A stretch of DNA of 64,000 nucleotides from Verrucomicrobiota bacterium (GTDB taxonomy: Bacteria; Chlamydiota; Chlamydiia; Chlamydiales; SM23-39), in contig JAFEGL010000003.1 of NCBI GenBank assembly GCA_018239895.1, positions 418,212 to 482,211 of the forward strand, in the 5' to 3' direction. A model generated the notes under the pieces. It worked only from the letters and a program-made list of their open reading frames with translations. It searched no databases and was not told the origin of the DNA. Both the position numbers and the translations under genes were made by a program. This document shows, piece after piece, positions 40,221 to 51,036 of the stretch (the stretch's first letter is position 1; every line of letters starts with the position of its first letter).

Positions 40221-40670
40221 ATGCTGATTATCGAACACACGGAAAAAACAAAAGCTTCGCCCCAGGCGATTTGGGCGATTTGGAAAGATGTTGAGAACTG
40301 GAATACCTGGGATTCGGGGCTCGAATATAGCAAGATCGATGGCCCGTTCGAGGCGGGAACTAGGGGCAAGCTAAGGCCAAAAGGGGGACCCGAATTTGAG
40401 ACTTTGCTTACTTGCGTTGAACCCTTGAAAAAGTTTGTAGATACAGCTAAACTGCCTCTCGCCCTTTTTGTTATGGAGCATTTTATACAAGAGTCGCCAG
40501 ATGGGATGACTTTGGTAACGCATCGAGTCGAAATCCAAGGGTTTCTCGCCCCCTTTTTCGCCATCGTGATCGGGAGCGGAATTAAAAAGAATATGCCCTC
40601 TGAAATGCGGGCGATGATTAAAAAAGCGGAAAGCTATGAATCCCGATTGGAAAAACATCACCCAGTTTGA
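40221..40670 (+). CDS. SRPBCC (START/Bet v1-like, polyketide-cyclase-type) domain protein
   Basis: ASPQAIWAIWKDVENWNTWDSGLE is the typical opening of SRPBCC proteins. The start was chosen by its Shine-Dalgarno sequence. Confidence 0.65.
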   Translation: MLIIEHTEKTKASPQAIWAIWKDVENWNTWDSGLEYSKIDGPFEAGTRGKLRPKGGPEFETLLTCVEPLKKFVDTAKLPLALFVMEHFIQESPDGMTLVTHRVEIQGFLAPFFAIVIGSGIKKNMPSEMRAMIKKAESYESRLEKHHPV

Positions 40671-41103
40671 AGGCCCTGAGCAAAGCCCCGGATTTCTCCT
40701 TTGGCAGGTCAGCTCTCAGTGGAGGAGGCTCATCGAAGCGGCCCTTCTAAAAGTGGGGCTGACCCACCCTCAATTCGTCTTATTGGCGAATTTGGGTTGG
40801 TTAACGCGCGAAGGAAAGTGGGTTTCTCAAGCCGAACTGGCCCGCCAATGCAAGACCGATATGGCGATGACTTCGCAAGTTTTGCGCTCTTTGGAAAGGA
40901 AAGGGTATTTGCAAAGGGAGAAACAGGCCGGGAATGAGCGGTCGAAATTCCCCCGCGTAACTCCGCAGGGAGCGGAGTTGATTGAACAGGCGATTCCCCT
41001 GGTCGAAGCGGTCGATCGGAATTTTTTTAAAGAATGGGATAGCCACTCGGTTGATTTGTTCCAAAAATTGGCGAGTGGAGATGAAAAAGCTAGAGCTAAT
41101 TGA
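40636..41103 (+). CDS. MarR-family transcriptional regulator
   Basis: LTHPQFVLLANLGWL..SQAELARQCKTDMAMTSQVLRSLERKGYLQRE..ERSKFPRVTPQGAEL. Confidence 0.85.
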   Translation: MNPDWKNITQFEGPEQSPGFLLWQVSSQWRRLIEAALLKVGLTHPQFVLLANLGWLTREGKWVSQAELARQCKTDMAMTSQVLRSLERKGYLQREKQAGNERSKFPRVTPQGAELIEQAIPLVEAVDRNFFKEWDSHSVDLFQKLASGDEKARAN

Positions 41104-41482
41104 CGATCACCGGTGCTTTGCCTGCGGGATGGAGAATCCTCACGGTCTTAGAATCGCGTGGCAGGTCCATGAAAAAATGATGACGGGCGAGTTTACTCCC
41201 GATTGGAAATTTCAGGGATGGAAAGGGATTTTGCATGGAGGGATCATCGCAACTCTTTTGGATGAGGCGATGACGAGGCTTGCAGGTGTTCTTTACCAGG
41301 GAGCTGTCACTGCTGAAATGACGGTTCGGTATGTGGCTCCGGCAAAAATTGGCGATCCGTTGTCGATTCGAGGGGAGATTGTCAGCGAGTCTCGAAAGAT
41401 CGTTGAAATGCAGGCGACCGTTTACAATTCTTCTGGAGAATTGATCGCGCGCTCTACAGGCAAAGCGATCCGCTTTTCCTAG
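41081..41482 (+). CDS. PaaI/4HBT-type hotdog-fold thioesterase
   Basis: CFACGMENPHGLRI and ILHGGIIATLLDEAM. Start at the ATG at 41081, after gtggag. Confidence 0.75.
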   Translation: MKKLELIDDHRCFACGMENPHGLRIAWQVHEKMMTGEFTPDWKFQGWKGILHGGIIATLLDEAMTRLAGVLYQGAVTAEMTVRYVAPAKIGDPLSIRGEIVSESRKIVEMQATVYNSSGELIARSTGKAIRFS

Positions 41483-41500
41483 AAAAAGCGCTTCCAGTTT

Positions 41501-43558
<2,058 letters not shown>

Positions 43559-43659
43559 AACCTAGGCACACCTTTACGTAATATTTATTCTACCTTAACG
43601 ATATTAAGGTTAAATAAAGATTTGAGTATAAAGTGGTAAGTAATTCTAAATCAGACGTT

Positions 43660-44019
43660 TTATCGAGGGATTTGACTCAGTCTATAGTAAGATCGGGCCA
43701 GGGAAATTCCCCCTCCCAGCGCAAGAGCTGCGTTAAAGAGGTTATTGGAGGCGGCTAAGCCGCCAATAAGATATGAGATGGCTGACGACTTGACTATGCA
43801 CATCGCTAGCTGGGCCTTTCCTCTCCGATTGCGTTGAGGGGCTGTCAAGGAGTCAACTCCGCAGCGGGCTGTCAGTGAAGCTGTTACGAGGCCAATCGTC
43901 CCTATTCGCGATAAAATAGATGCAGCCGAGGAAAAGACCGAGGAACTCAAACATCTTGAAGCCAGAAGCAGGGCGGCTGAACTTGAGATCATTGGGTTCA
44001 GTGCATTGAAATGGATCAT
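43660..44019 (-). CDS. Small Ser/Ala/Leu-rich hydrophobic protein (119 aa)
   Basis: Its ATG overlaps the stop of the upstream hydrolase gene (ATGA at 44016-44019), which suggests translational coupling. No recognisable motif. Confidence 0.45.
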   Translation of the reverse strand: MIHFNALNPMISSSAALLLASRCLSSSVFSSAASILSRIGTIGLVTASLTARCGVDSLTAPQRNRRGKAQLAMCIVKSSAISYLIGGLAASNNLFNAALALGGGISLARSYYRLSQIPR

Positions 44020-44906
44020 GGAATAAGGAACTGTTTCAATGATAAAAAAGTTTCATCCGGCTTTTCTACATGGGGAAAGTGGCCGCAATTTTCAATCACA
44101 TGGAGAGTTGAATCGGGAATTGAGTTTTTGATCGTTCGGGCGGCGTCCAAAGGAATCGGATCGAAATCTCCGTGGACAATCAGGGTTTTGCAAGGGAGCT
44201 TTTTCAATTCTTCTCTCAGATCGAACGGGTTCAACAAGCAGCTTTTGATCATAATTTCAGAGGTCTTGATTCCGTTTAGATTCGACTGGGGCAAAGAGAT
44301 GAGATCGAGACGTTCTGCATCGGCTGGATTCTTGCAATAGGTTCTGTAGACTATTCTGAAATGTTTGGCTACAGCTTCGGAGTCGCCTGCGGCATAGCTG
44401 GCAGAATGGGTGATTTCATCGATGGCTATTTGAAACGGTCCCGTCCGCCGCTCATATTCCTCAAGAAAGGTCAAAAGCTCCGGGAATGTGGCTGTCATCG
44501 AGTTCAATAAAATGAGCCGATCTACCGATTCAGGATGGGCGATTGCGTAGTTCATCGCCAAATAGCCGCCCCAGGAGTGGCCCAAAATCGAGATCTTTTC
44601 TAAGCCAAGGTGGGATCTGAGTTCTTCCAAATCTTCCACGAACCGTTCGAGATAGATGTGCTCTTCATCGATTGGACCTTCCGAGAGGCCTGAGCCGCGC
44701 TGATCGTAAAAGATCACTTGGACAGTGTCAGAGAGAGCTTCGAGTTCCGATAAGTATTTTTGAGAAAGCCCCGGCCCGCCGTGGACGACGATCAAGGGAT
44801 TCCCTTCCCCTTTCACACAGTAGTAGAGGCAGGATCCATCGGAGGTTTTGAATGTGTTGGCAAAGGCGGCGCCGAAGAGCAATAAAAACAGGAGGAGCTT
44901 TTTCAT
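44016..44906 (-). CDS. Secreted alpha/beta-hydrolase, proline iminopeptidase family
   Basis: Signal peptide MKKLLLFLLLFGAAFA, VVHGGPGLSQKYL and nucleophile elbow ILGHSWGGYLA. Confidence 0.75.
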   Translation of the reverse strand: MKKLLLFLLLFGAAFANTFKTSDGSCLYYCVKGEGNPLIVVHGGPGLSQKYLSELEALSDTVQVIFYDQRGSGLSEGPIDEEHIYLERFVEDLEELRSHLGLEKISILGHSWGGYLAMNYAIAHPESVDRLILLNSMTATFPELLTFLEEYERRTGPFQIAIDEITHSASYAAGDSEAVAKHFRIVYRTYCKNPADAERLDLISLPQSNLNGIKTSEIMIKSCLLNPFDLREELKKLPCKTLIVHGDFDPIPLDAARTIKNSIPDSTLHVIENCGHFPHVEKPDETFLSLKQFLIP

Positions 44907-45013
44907 GGGCATGGAGCATGCCAAAGAAAGAATTTTTTGTGGAGATGAAAAAAGGATATACAGAAATCTGTGTCGCTCTTAAACTCCTCACTCTCTTAAC
45001 TCAAGGAGTTTTT

Positions 45014-45778
45014 ATGATGCAAGCAGATTATTCAATGCCCGCTGAAATCAAAGACAAAGTCTCGTTTACAGTGGATGAAAAGATGAAAGTATATCCCTTT
45101 AGTTCCGTGAAGGCTGTGTTGACCGACATCGAAGGGACTACGACTTCGATCTCTTTTGTCCATGACGTCTTATTCCCTTATGCGAAAAAGCATGTCTGGT
45201 CGTTTGTAAAAAATCATGAGGCCGATTTGCTCACTATTCTGAAGGATGCGGCAGAGATCGCCGGCGCGCCTGCGGCGAGCACCGAAGAGATCATCGAGAT
45301 CTTGGCCAAGTGGATGGAGCAAGATAAAAAAATCACCCCGCTCAAAACCTTGCAGGGGATGATGTGGGAAGACGGCTATCAAAAAGGGGATTTCCACGGC
45401 CACGTGTACGACGACGCCTTTGTCTTGATGAACCTGTGGAAAATCCAGGGCTTGCCCATCTACGTCTTCTCTTCAGGATCGGTCCAAGCGCAAAAGCTCC
45501 TCTTTACCCATTCGATCTTCGGCGATTTATCCCATCTTTTCTCGGGCCATTTCGACACGAAAGTCGGCGGAAAGAAAGAGAAGGGTTCCTACCAGAACAT
45601 CGCCACCCAAATCGGGTTTGCTCCGGAGACGATCCTCTTTTTGTCCGATACGCTCGAAGAGCTCGACGCCGCAAAAGCTGCAGGCTACCAAACCCTGCTC
45701 CTTACCCGCGATGGAACGGCTCCAGCTGGCTGCGCTCATCCTGCAGTCGCCGCATTCAACCAAATCGAAATTCAGTGA
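45014..45778 (+). CDS. mtnC: Enolase-phosphatase E1 (2,3-diketo-5-methylthiopentyl-1-phosphate enolase-phosphatase)
   Basis: ATG at 45014, after aaggag. HAD motif I LTDIEGTTTSISFV, then LQGMMWEDGYQKGDFHGHVY, VFSSGSVQAQKLLF and FLSDTLEELDAAKAAG. Confidence 0.85.
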   Translation: MMQADYSMPAEIKDKVSFTVDEKMKVYPFSSVKAVLTDIEGTTTSISFVHDVLFPYAKKHVWSFVKNHEADLLTILKDAAEIAGAPAASTEEIIEILAKWMEQDKKITPLKTLQGMMWEDGYQKGDFHGHVYDDAFVLMNLWKIQGLPIYVFSSGSVQAQKLLFTHSIFGDLSHLFSGHFDTKVGGKKEKGSYQNIATQIGFAPETILFLSDTLEELDAAKAAGYQTLLLTRDGTAPAGCAHPAVAAFNQIEIQ

Positions 45779-45784
45779 GGAACC

Positions 45785-46435
45785 ATGATCCATTTTTTGC
45801 TGGCAGCGTTGATTCCGGTCGTCTCCGACCAAGCGGCCGATGAGATCGTCAAAGCGGGACAATTCCTCGATAAGGCAGGTCTTTGTCCTGCAACCGCAGG
45901 GAACCTCTCGGTTCGGTTGAGCTCTGAGTATGCTGCGATCTCGATTTCAGGTAAGCACAAAGGAGAACTCACCTCCGACGATGTCTTGGTGGTCGACTTC
46001 CAAGGCAAACCCCAGAACACCACGAAAAAGCCCTCCGCTGAGACCCTTTTACACACGGTGATCTATTCGCTCTTCGAAGATGTAGGAGCCGTTTTGCACC
46101 ACCACACCTTGAACGGAACGGTCCTCTCCCGCCTCATGGCGAATGAGAAATCTTTCGTCACGGAAGGGTACGAGATCCACAAAGCCTTTCGAGGTCACCC
46201 AACTCACGAGAGCCGCGTCGAGATCCCGATCTTTGAAAATAGCCAAGACTATCCAGCCCTCGCGGCGGAAGTTGCCGCTTATTTGCAAGAGCATCCCGAA
46301 ACGCTCGGATTTTTCCTCCGCGGCCACGGACTCTACACATGGGGCCGCGACATGAGAGAGGCAAAAATCCGCGTCGAGACGTTTGAGTATCTTTTTGAAT
46401 CAGAAATAAAAATGCGCATGTTGAGAGGTCTATGA
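45785..46435 (+). CDS. mtnB: Methylthioribulose-1-phosphate dehydratase (class II aldolase/adducin fold)
   Basis: ATAGNLSVRL, HHHTLNG and FLRGHGLYTWGRDMREA. Confidence 0.8.
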   Translation: MIHFLLAALIPVVSDQAADEIVKAGQFLDKAGLCPATAGNLSVRLSSEYAAISISGKHKGELTSDDVLVVDFQGKPQNTTKKPSAETLLHTVIYSLFEDVGAVLHHHTLNGTVLSRLMANEKSFVTEGYEIHKAFRGHPTHESRVEIPIFENSQDYPALAAEVAAYLQEHPETLGFFLRGHGLYTWGRDMREAKIRVETFEYLFESEIKMRMLRGL

Positions 46436-46482
46436 AATACCTATCGCTTCTTTGTCTCATTTTCCAAACATCTCTTTTCGGG

Positions 46483-47484
46483 ATGAATATCGACGGCTTC
46501 GCTATCCGTTACAATGGAGGAGAACTCTCTATTCTCAACCAACAAAAGCTCCCTTCGGAAGCCGAGTGGATCGACGTCCAAACGCCCGAGCAGATGGTCG
46601 AGATCATCTCTACCCTGAAAGTGCGCGGTGCTCCAATGATCGGCGTCTCGGCCGTTTTGTCTCTCGCGCAGATGGCTGAAAGGGGACTCTCTTTCGACGA
46701 GATCGAAAAAGCCGCCTACCTTTTGAGAAAAGCTCGCCCCACAGCAGTGAACTTGGCGATCTGCGTCGACCGAGTCCTCGATGCGATGAGAAACGGCGGC
46801 GACTATCGAGCTGCCATCCTTGCAACGGCCGAAAATATCTACCGGGAAGATACCGATCTTTGCGCGTCGATCGGCGAAGCGGGCAACGCTCTCATCCAGC
46901 CGGGCGAGAGGATCTTGACCTACTGCAACACGGGGAGTTTGGCTACAGCGGGGATCGGAACGGCCCTCGGCGTGATCAAAGCGGCCCATGCGCAAGGGAA
47001 GCAGATCCACGTCTACGCCTGCGAGACACGCCCCCTTCTCCAAGGAGGAAGGCTAACCGCGTGGGAACTGGAAGAGTGTGGGATCCCTTTCACTCTCATT
47101 TGCGACAACATGGCCGCTACCCTGATGCAGCAAGGGAAGATCGACCGTGTTCTCGTCGGAGCCGACCGGATCGCGGCCAATGGCGATTTCGCCAACAAGA
47201 TTGGGACCTACTCTGTCGCCGTCCTGGCCCATTTCCATGGAGTCCCGTTCCATGTAGCGGCGCCGTATACGACCATCGATCCGAATTGCCCCTCGGGAGA
47301 TCAGATCAGGATCGAGGAGCGTTCTCCGGACGAGGTGAGAGGTTACGGAAAAATATGCTGGAGCCCCAAAGACGCTCCCGTCTATAATCCGGCGTTCGAT
47401 GTGACCCCCTCCTCGCTCGTGACCTCCTACATACTCAATGTGGGGAATCTCTCTTTGGAGGAGTTTTTGCAAGAGGCCCGATGA
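46483..47484 (+). CDS. mtnA: S-methyl-5-thioribose-1-phosphate isomerase
   Basis: KVRGAPMIGVSA, YCNTGSLATAGIGTALGVI, ETRPLLQGGRLTAWEL and GADRIAANGDFANKIGTY. The start may be ATG 46483 or the ATGA-overlapping ATG at 46432. Confidence 0.9.
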   Translation: MNIDGFAIRYNGGELSILNQQKLPSEAEWIDVQTPEQMVEIISTLKVRGAPMIGVSAVLSLAQMAERGLSFDEIEKAAYLLRKARPTAVNLAICVDRVLDAMRNGGDYRAAILATAENIYREDTDLCASIGEAGNALIQPGERILTYCNTGSLATAGIGTALGVIKAAHAQGKQIHVYACETRPLLQGGRLTAWELEECGIPFTLICDNMAATLMQQGKIDRVLVGADRIAANGDFANKIGTYSVAVLAHFHGVPFHVAAPYTTIDPNCPSGDQIRIEERSPDEVRGYGKICWSPKDAPVYNPAFDVTPSSLVTSYILNVGNLSLEEFLQEAR

Positions 47485-48095
47485 TCAAACCCTTTTGGGA
47501 CGACGAGAACGCGAAGTTTGTCGTAGAGAACTTATTTCAGAATGCCGAAGCCTGCACCTCTTTGGAAGAGATCCGGCGCAAAGCTCTGGAAGCGGTCTCT
47601 CTCGACGGCCTTCACATCGAGCTCGGCGTCGCCTCGGGCCGATCTCTGACCTATCTCGCCAATCTGAAGCCGGACCAATCCTGGTTCGGCTTCGATTCAT
47701 TCGATGGTTTGCCCGAAGATTGGAACTGCGGCCCCTACACTGTCGAAAAAGGGTTCTTCAAGCAGTCGAAGCTCCCCCAAATGTCCCCCAACGTGACTCT
47801 GTTTCCCGGCCTCTTCTCGCAAACGCTTCATCCCTTCCTCAAAAAGCACCAAGAGCCGATCGCGTTCCTCCACGTCGACTCCGACCTCTACACTTCGGCC
47901 AAAGAGGCGCTGACTGCTTTCAGCACACGGCTCATCCCCGGATCAGTCATCCTTTTCGACGAGTTCTACAACTACCCGACTTGCGCCGAGCACGAACTAA
48001 AAGCGTGGTTGGAGTTTTTGCAAGAAAGTGGGAAGAGCGCCCAGGCGATCGCCTTTCACTCGCTGCACGAGCAAGCCGCCTGGCTGATAAAATAA
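47481..48095 (+). CDS. TylF/macrocin-O-methyltransferase-like class I SAM methyltransferase
   Basis: HIELGVASGRS, GFDSFDGLPEDW, FLHVDSDLYTSAKEAL and GSVILFDEFYNYP. ATGA overlap with mtnA. Confidence 0.7.
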   Translation: MIKPFWDDENAKFVVENLFQNAEACTSLEEIRRKALEAVSLDGLHIELGVASGRSLTYLANLKPDQSWFGFDSFDGLPEDWNCGPYTVEKGFFKQSKLPQMSPNVTLFPGLFSQTLHPFLKKHQEPIAFLHVDSDLYTSAKEALTAFSTRLIPGSVILFDEFYNYPTCAEHELKAWLEFLQESGKSAQAIAFHSLHEQAAWLIK

Positions 48096-48100
48096 AAAAA

Positions 48101-48126
48101 ACTCCAGGTTTTCACCTGAAGTTTTT
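48101..48126. terminator. Bidirectional rho-independent terminator between convergent genes
   Basis: An A-run (48093-48100), then actccaggt-tttc-acctgaagt, then a T-run. The single mismatch becomes a G-U pair on the minus-strand transcript. Confidence 0.7.
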
Positions 48127-48156
48127 GTCACCGGAAGACGATTGACGAGAAATTCT

Positions 48157-50895
48157 TTACATTGTCGATGCGAATGCTGCGGGATTTTCCAACACCAACT
48201 TTTTGTAGTCATACACATCATTTTTTACAGCTACTCTTTTAACAGCATTTGTTACTGCTGAAGCTGCATAAGAAGCTGTGGATGAAACTGCACTCAGTAC
48301 AGACTCTCCATTTTGAGATATTATATAATCTTCAGGTGTTTTACCCATCGAGTCCTTTACACTAAAAGCTCGAGAATTTTCTCTGCGCATCATTGCTATG
48401 ATGTCATGATGACCTTTGGTCTTACCAAGAGCCGCTAAGTGGAGGAAAGTTCTGGCTTGGCCATCAAGGATGAATGATGCATTGCCGTTTGAAAGCTCTT
48501 TTCTCCTGTTATAAATCGCTTCAAAGGCTTCAAAGTTACCTTTGAGTGCGGCGATATGGAGAGCTGTGTGACCCATGGTATCTTGTTGATCAAGATCATG
48601 TCGAGTGTAAACTCCTATTCTATTTACTTTGATTTTGAGCAACCCAATAGGAAGTTTCGTAGCACCCGCCTCAATCGCAATCATGAGAGGAGTTTGGCCT
48701 GATTTATTGGCTGTCCTCAGAGAAACTCCCTTTTTCGCAAGAGCGGTCATACAATTTGAACGGCCATGTTTTGCTGCTAGGTGCATTAGAGTATTGCCAG
48801 TCACCGGATCTTGAGCCAATAGTTTGCTTTGATCAGTCGAGCTTTCGATAATGTTGCGCAAGTCTCGCTTAACAGCCTCGACTAAAAACTCCTCTGGTTT
48901 ATGGCCATAAGCCAATGTAAGCAAGGAAACGGTCTTCTGATACAACTCATTATTAAAAGCGTCATTTGGGAGTTTGGCGAGTTCTTCTACATTCTCCTTT
49001 TTCAAATGAAACAGATACGCTGCGATATCGGGGTTTCTGCTAATGTTGAGAGCTCTCCAGAATGGGTCATTCAATTCCTCTGGGTTTACGAGCGGCGCCA
49101 AAGCCATAACCATCGATTTATTTTGATTTGAAATGGCGATGTTCAAAGCTGAGACGATATCAGCTTCTTTAGGATTTTTCTCGAGGAGAGCTTTGACCAC
49201 TTCGGTAAGATCTAGTTTAGAAGCTTCTTCAAGAAGGCTTTCTTCGAGCGTTTCGGTCTCTGGATCTGGAATATCCAAGGCATTTTTTTGGATCAACTTA
49301 ACGGCCGCATCGCTATTTTTCGCATGAATTGCACAGCGCACGGTAACTTCGTCGAGATTATCACCGCTTTCAATCAAGCGATCGATCATTGCTGGATCTC
49401 TATCTCTCATGAAAGCAGTTTTCAAAGGAGTAACACCATTATTGTCTGGAAGATTTTTAGCACCGTTGTCAATCAAAGCTGGAACAGCTTCAGGATAAGT
49501 TAACATGGCCCTATGAAGGGCAGTCTGTCCATCAGAATCTTGGATATCAATGTTGTCTTTGATGGCTTGAACAACGCTTATCCATTTATTCTCTACAGCG
49601 AGCATCAATGAAGTTTTTTTGTTTTTATCAATTGTGTTTGCAGCGCCTTTTTGAACCAAGTGGAGAGCAGTCGCTTCATCTTTTGCCATGTGGAGTGGAG
49701 TTTGGCAGTCGCTAGTTCTAGCGCTTGTCATAGCATTGATTTTAGCGCCTTTTGCTAGAAGAGCATCGATAATATCTGTCCGTCCATGTTTGCTGGCCAC
49801 GTGGAGCAAGGTTTCTCTTATTTGGCTTCTCGAGGAGATATTCTCTTTAGAAAATTGAGTGACTAATGAAACAACTCGCTCGGCTCGGTTATTTGTGAGG
49901 GCGTCATTAAGCAGGTTTGGTGTAATTAATGCCCCATTTTCAATAAGAAATTGAATGGTTCCATCCTTTGTGGCCATATCTACAGGTGCTAGCCCTGTGA
50001 CGGTAGTGGCATTGATGTTTGCCCCTTTATTGAGAAGGGCCTTAACTATGGGGGGGCTATTGCGCATACATGCCACATGAAGCAATGTCATTCCATTCTG
50101 ATCTTTGATAGAGGCTAGTGAATCGCTCTTTTCAATTAGAATAACTGCCAAGTTTGGGTCATCTCTATTTATTAAGCTTTTCAATGCGGGGGAAGTAATG
50201 TGTGCACCCGCATTTAAAAGAGCATGAATCATCTTTTCATCTGGGTTTTGCGCGCTGCAAACAATCTCTAGAGGCGTTGTTGCTTTGCCATCAATAAAGC
50301 ATGCAGAATTAACGTTGGCTCCTGCTGCGATCAATTTTGCGGCCAATTCAGGACAAGGGGCGACATCATTTTGGTTACCGACTAACGCTAAATGGAGGAA
50401 AGTCATGCCACTTTGTTGATCATAAGTAACATCTCCGGCAGCCTTTTGAAGAAGAGCCATTACATCATATTGCTTTTTTTCGAGAGCGATGTTCATGCAC
50501 TGAGCGAGGTTCAATTGCGGGTCTTTGTGTTTTCCAGCAAACAAGAGACCTCGAAGAGTCCATAAGCAACCGCCTGAGCACGCATCTGCTATGGTCATGC
50601 CTCGATTAAAAATATAAGCTGCGATAAGCCCCCCAACGACTTTGAAAAAGTTCGCTACTTTCGTTAAAGCGCTCGTTGATGGTTGAACCTTTAGCGGGCC
50701 CATCGATTGAATCGTACTTTTGTCTCTTGGACTATTTGCTACAGCTCTTGGGCTACTGACAGGGCTAGATGCTATTGGTGAGTAGACCACCGCACTCTGT
50801 CCATATGCTGCGGTGCTATTTAATGCTGGATCAACATAGTTTCTATCAAATGGATTAGTGCTAGGATCAGAATCGAATGGGTTTGTTGAGATCAT
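48157..50895 (-). CDS. Large ankyrin-repeat protein (912 aa) with an N-terminal tandem NPF motif and one hydrophobic segment
   Basis: Many ANK units, for example GMTLLHVACMRNSPPIVKALLNKGANINA, GNTLMHLAAKHGRSNCMTALAKKGVSL and GHTALHIAALKGNFEAF. The N-terminus is MISTNPFDSDPSTNPFD. TM-like segment VANFFKVVGGLIAAYIF. Confidence 0.85.
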   Translation of the reverse strand: MISTNPFDSDPSTNPFDRNYVDPALNSTAAYGQSAVVYSPIASSPVSSPRAVANSPRDKSTIQSMGPLKVQPSTSALTKVANFFKVVGGLIAAYIFNRGMTIADACSGGCLWTLRGLLFAGKHKDPQLNLAQCMNIALEKKQYDVMALLQKAAGDVTYDQQSGMTFLHLALVGNQNDVAPCPELAAKLIAAGANVNSACFIDGKATTPLEIVCSAQNPDEKMIHALLNAGAHITSPALKSLINRDDPNLAVILIEKSDSLASIKDQNGMTLLHVACMRNSPPIVKALLNKGANINATTVTGLAPVDMATKDGTIQFLIENGALITPNLLNDALTNNRAERVVSLVTQFSKENISSRSQIRETLLHVASKHGRTDIIDALLAKGAKINAMTSARTSDCQTPLHMAKDEATALHLVQKGAANTIDKNKKTSLMLAVENKWISVVQAIKDNIDIQDSDGQTALHRAMLTYPEAVPALIDNGAKNLPDNNGVTPLKTAFMRDRDPAMIDRLIESGDNLDEVTVRCAIHAKNSDAAVKLIQKNALDIPDPETETLEESLLEEASKLDLTEVVKALLEKNPKEADIVSALNIAISNQNKSMVMALAPLVNPEELNDPFWRALNISRNPDIAAYLFHLKKENVEELAKLPNDAFNNELYQKTVSLLTLAYGHKPEEFLVEAVKRDLRNIIESSTDQSKLLAQDPVTGNTLMHLAAKHGRSNCMTALAKKGVSLRTANKSGQTPLMIAIEAGATKLPIGLLKIKVNRIGVYTRHDLDQQDTMGHTALHIAALKGNFEAFEAIYNRRKELSNGNASFILDGQARTFLHLAALGKTKGHHDIIAMMRRENSRAFSVKDSMGKTPEDYIISQNGESVLSAVSSTASYAASAVTNAVKRVAVKNDVYDYKKLVLENPAAFASTM

Positions 50896-51036
50896 AATAT
50901 ACCCTGGTTTACTTTTTTAGTAATAAGTATAAAGCAAAATTATGATTAATATCAATTAATATTTAAGTATTAATGTAGTTAATATTGTAATTGATAAAAG
51001 TATTTTTATTAATAGATCGGTGCGTGTGGGCATTTA

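Noticed and set aside
46441-48145. Long alternative-frame or antisense ORFs over mtnA and the methyltransferase gene (200 aa minus strand, 175 aa and 235 aa plus strand).
   Set aside because: The translations are Arg/Pro/Ser-rich with no recognisable domains. The annotated frames carry unambiguous MtnA and TylF-family motifs.
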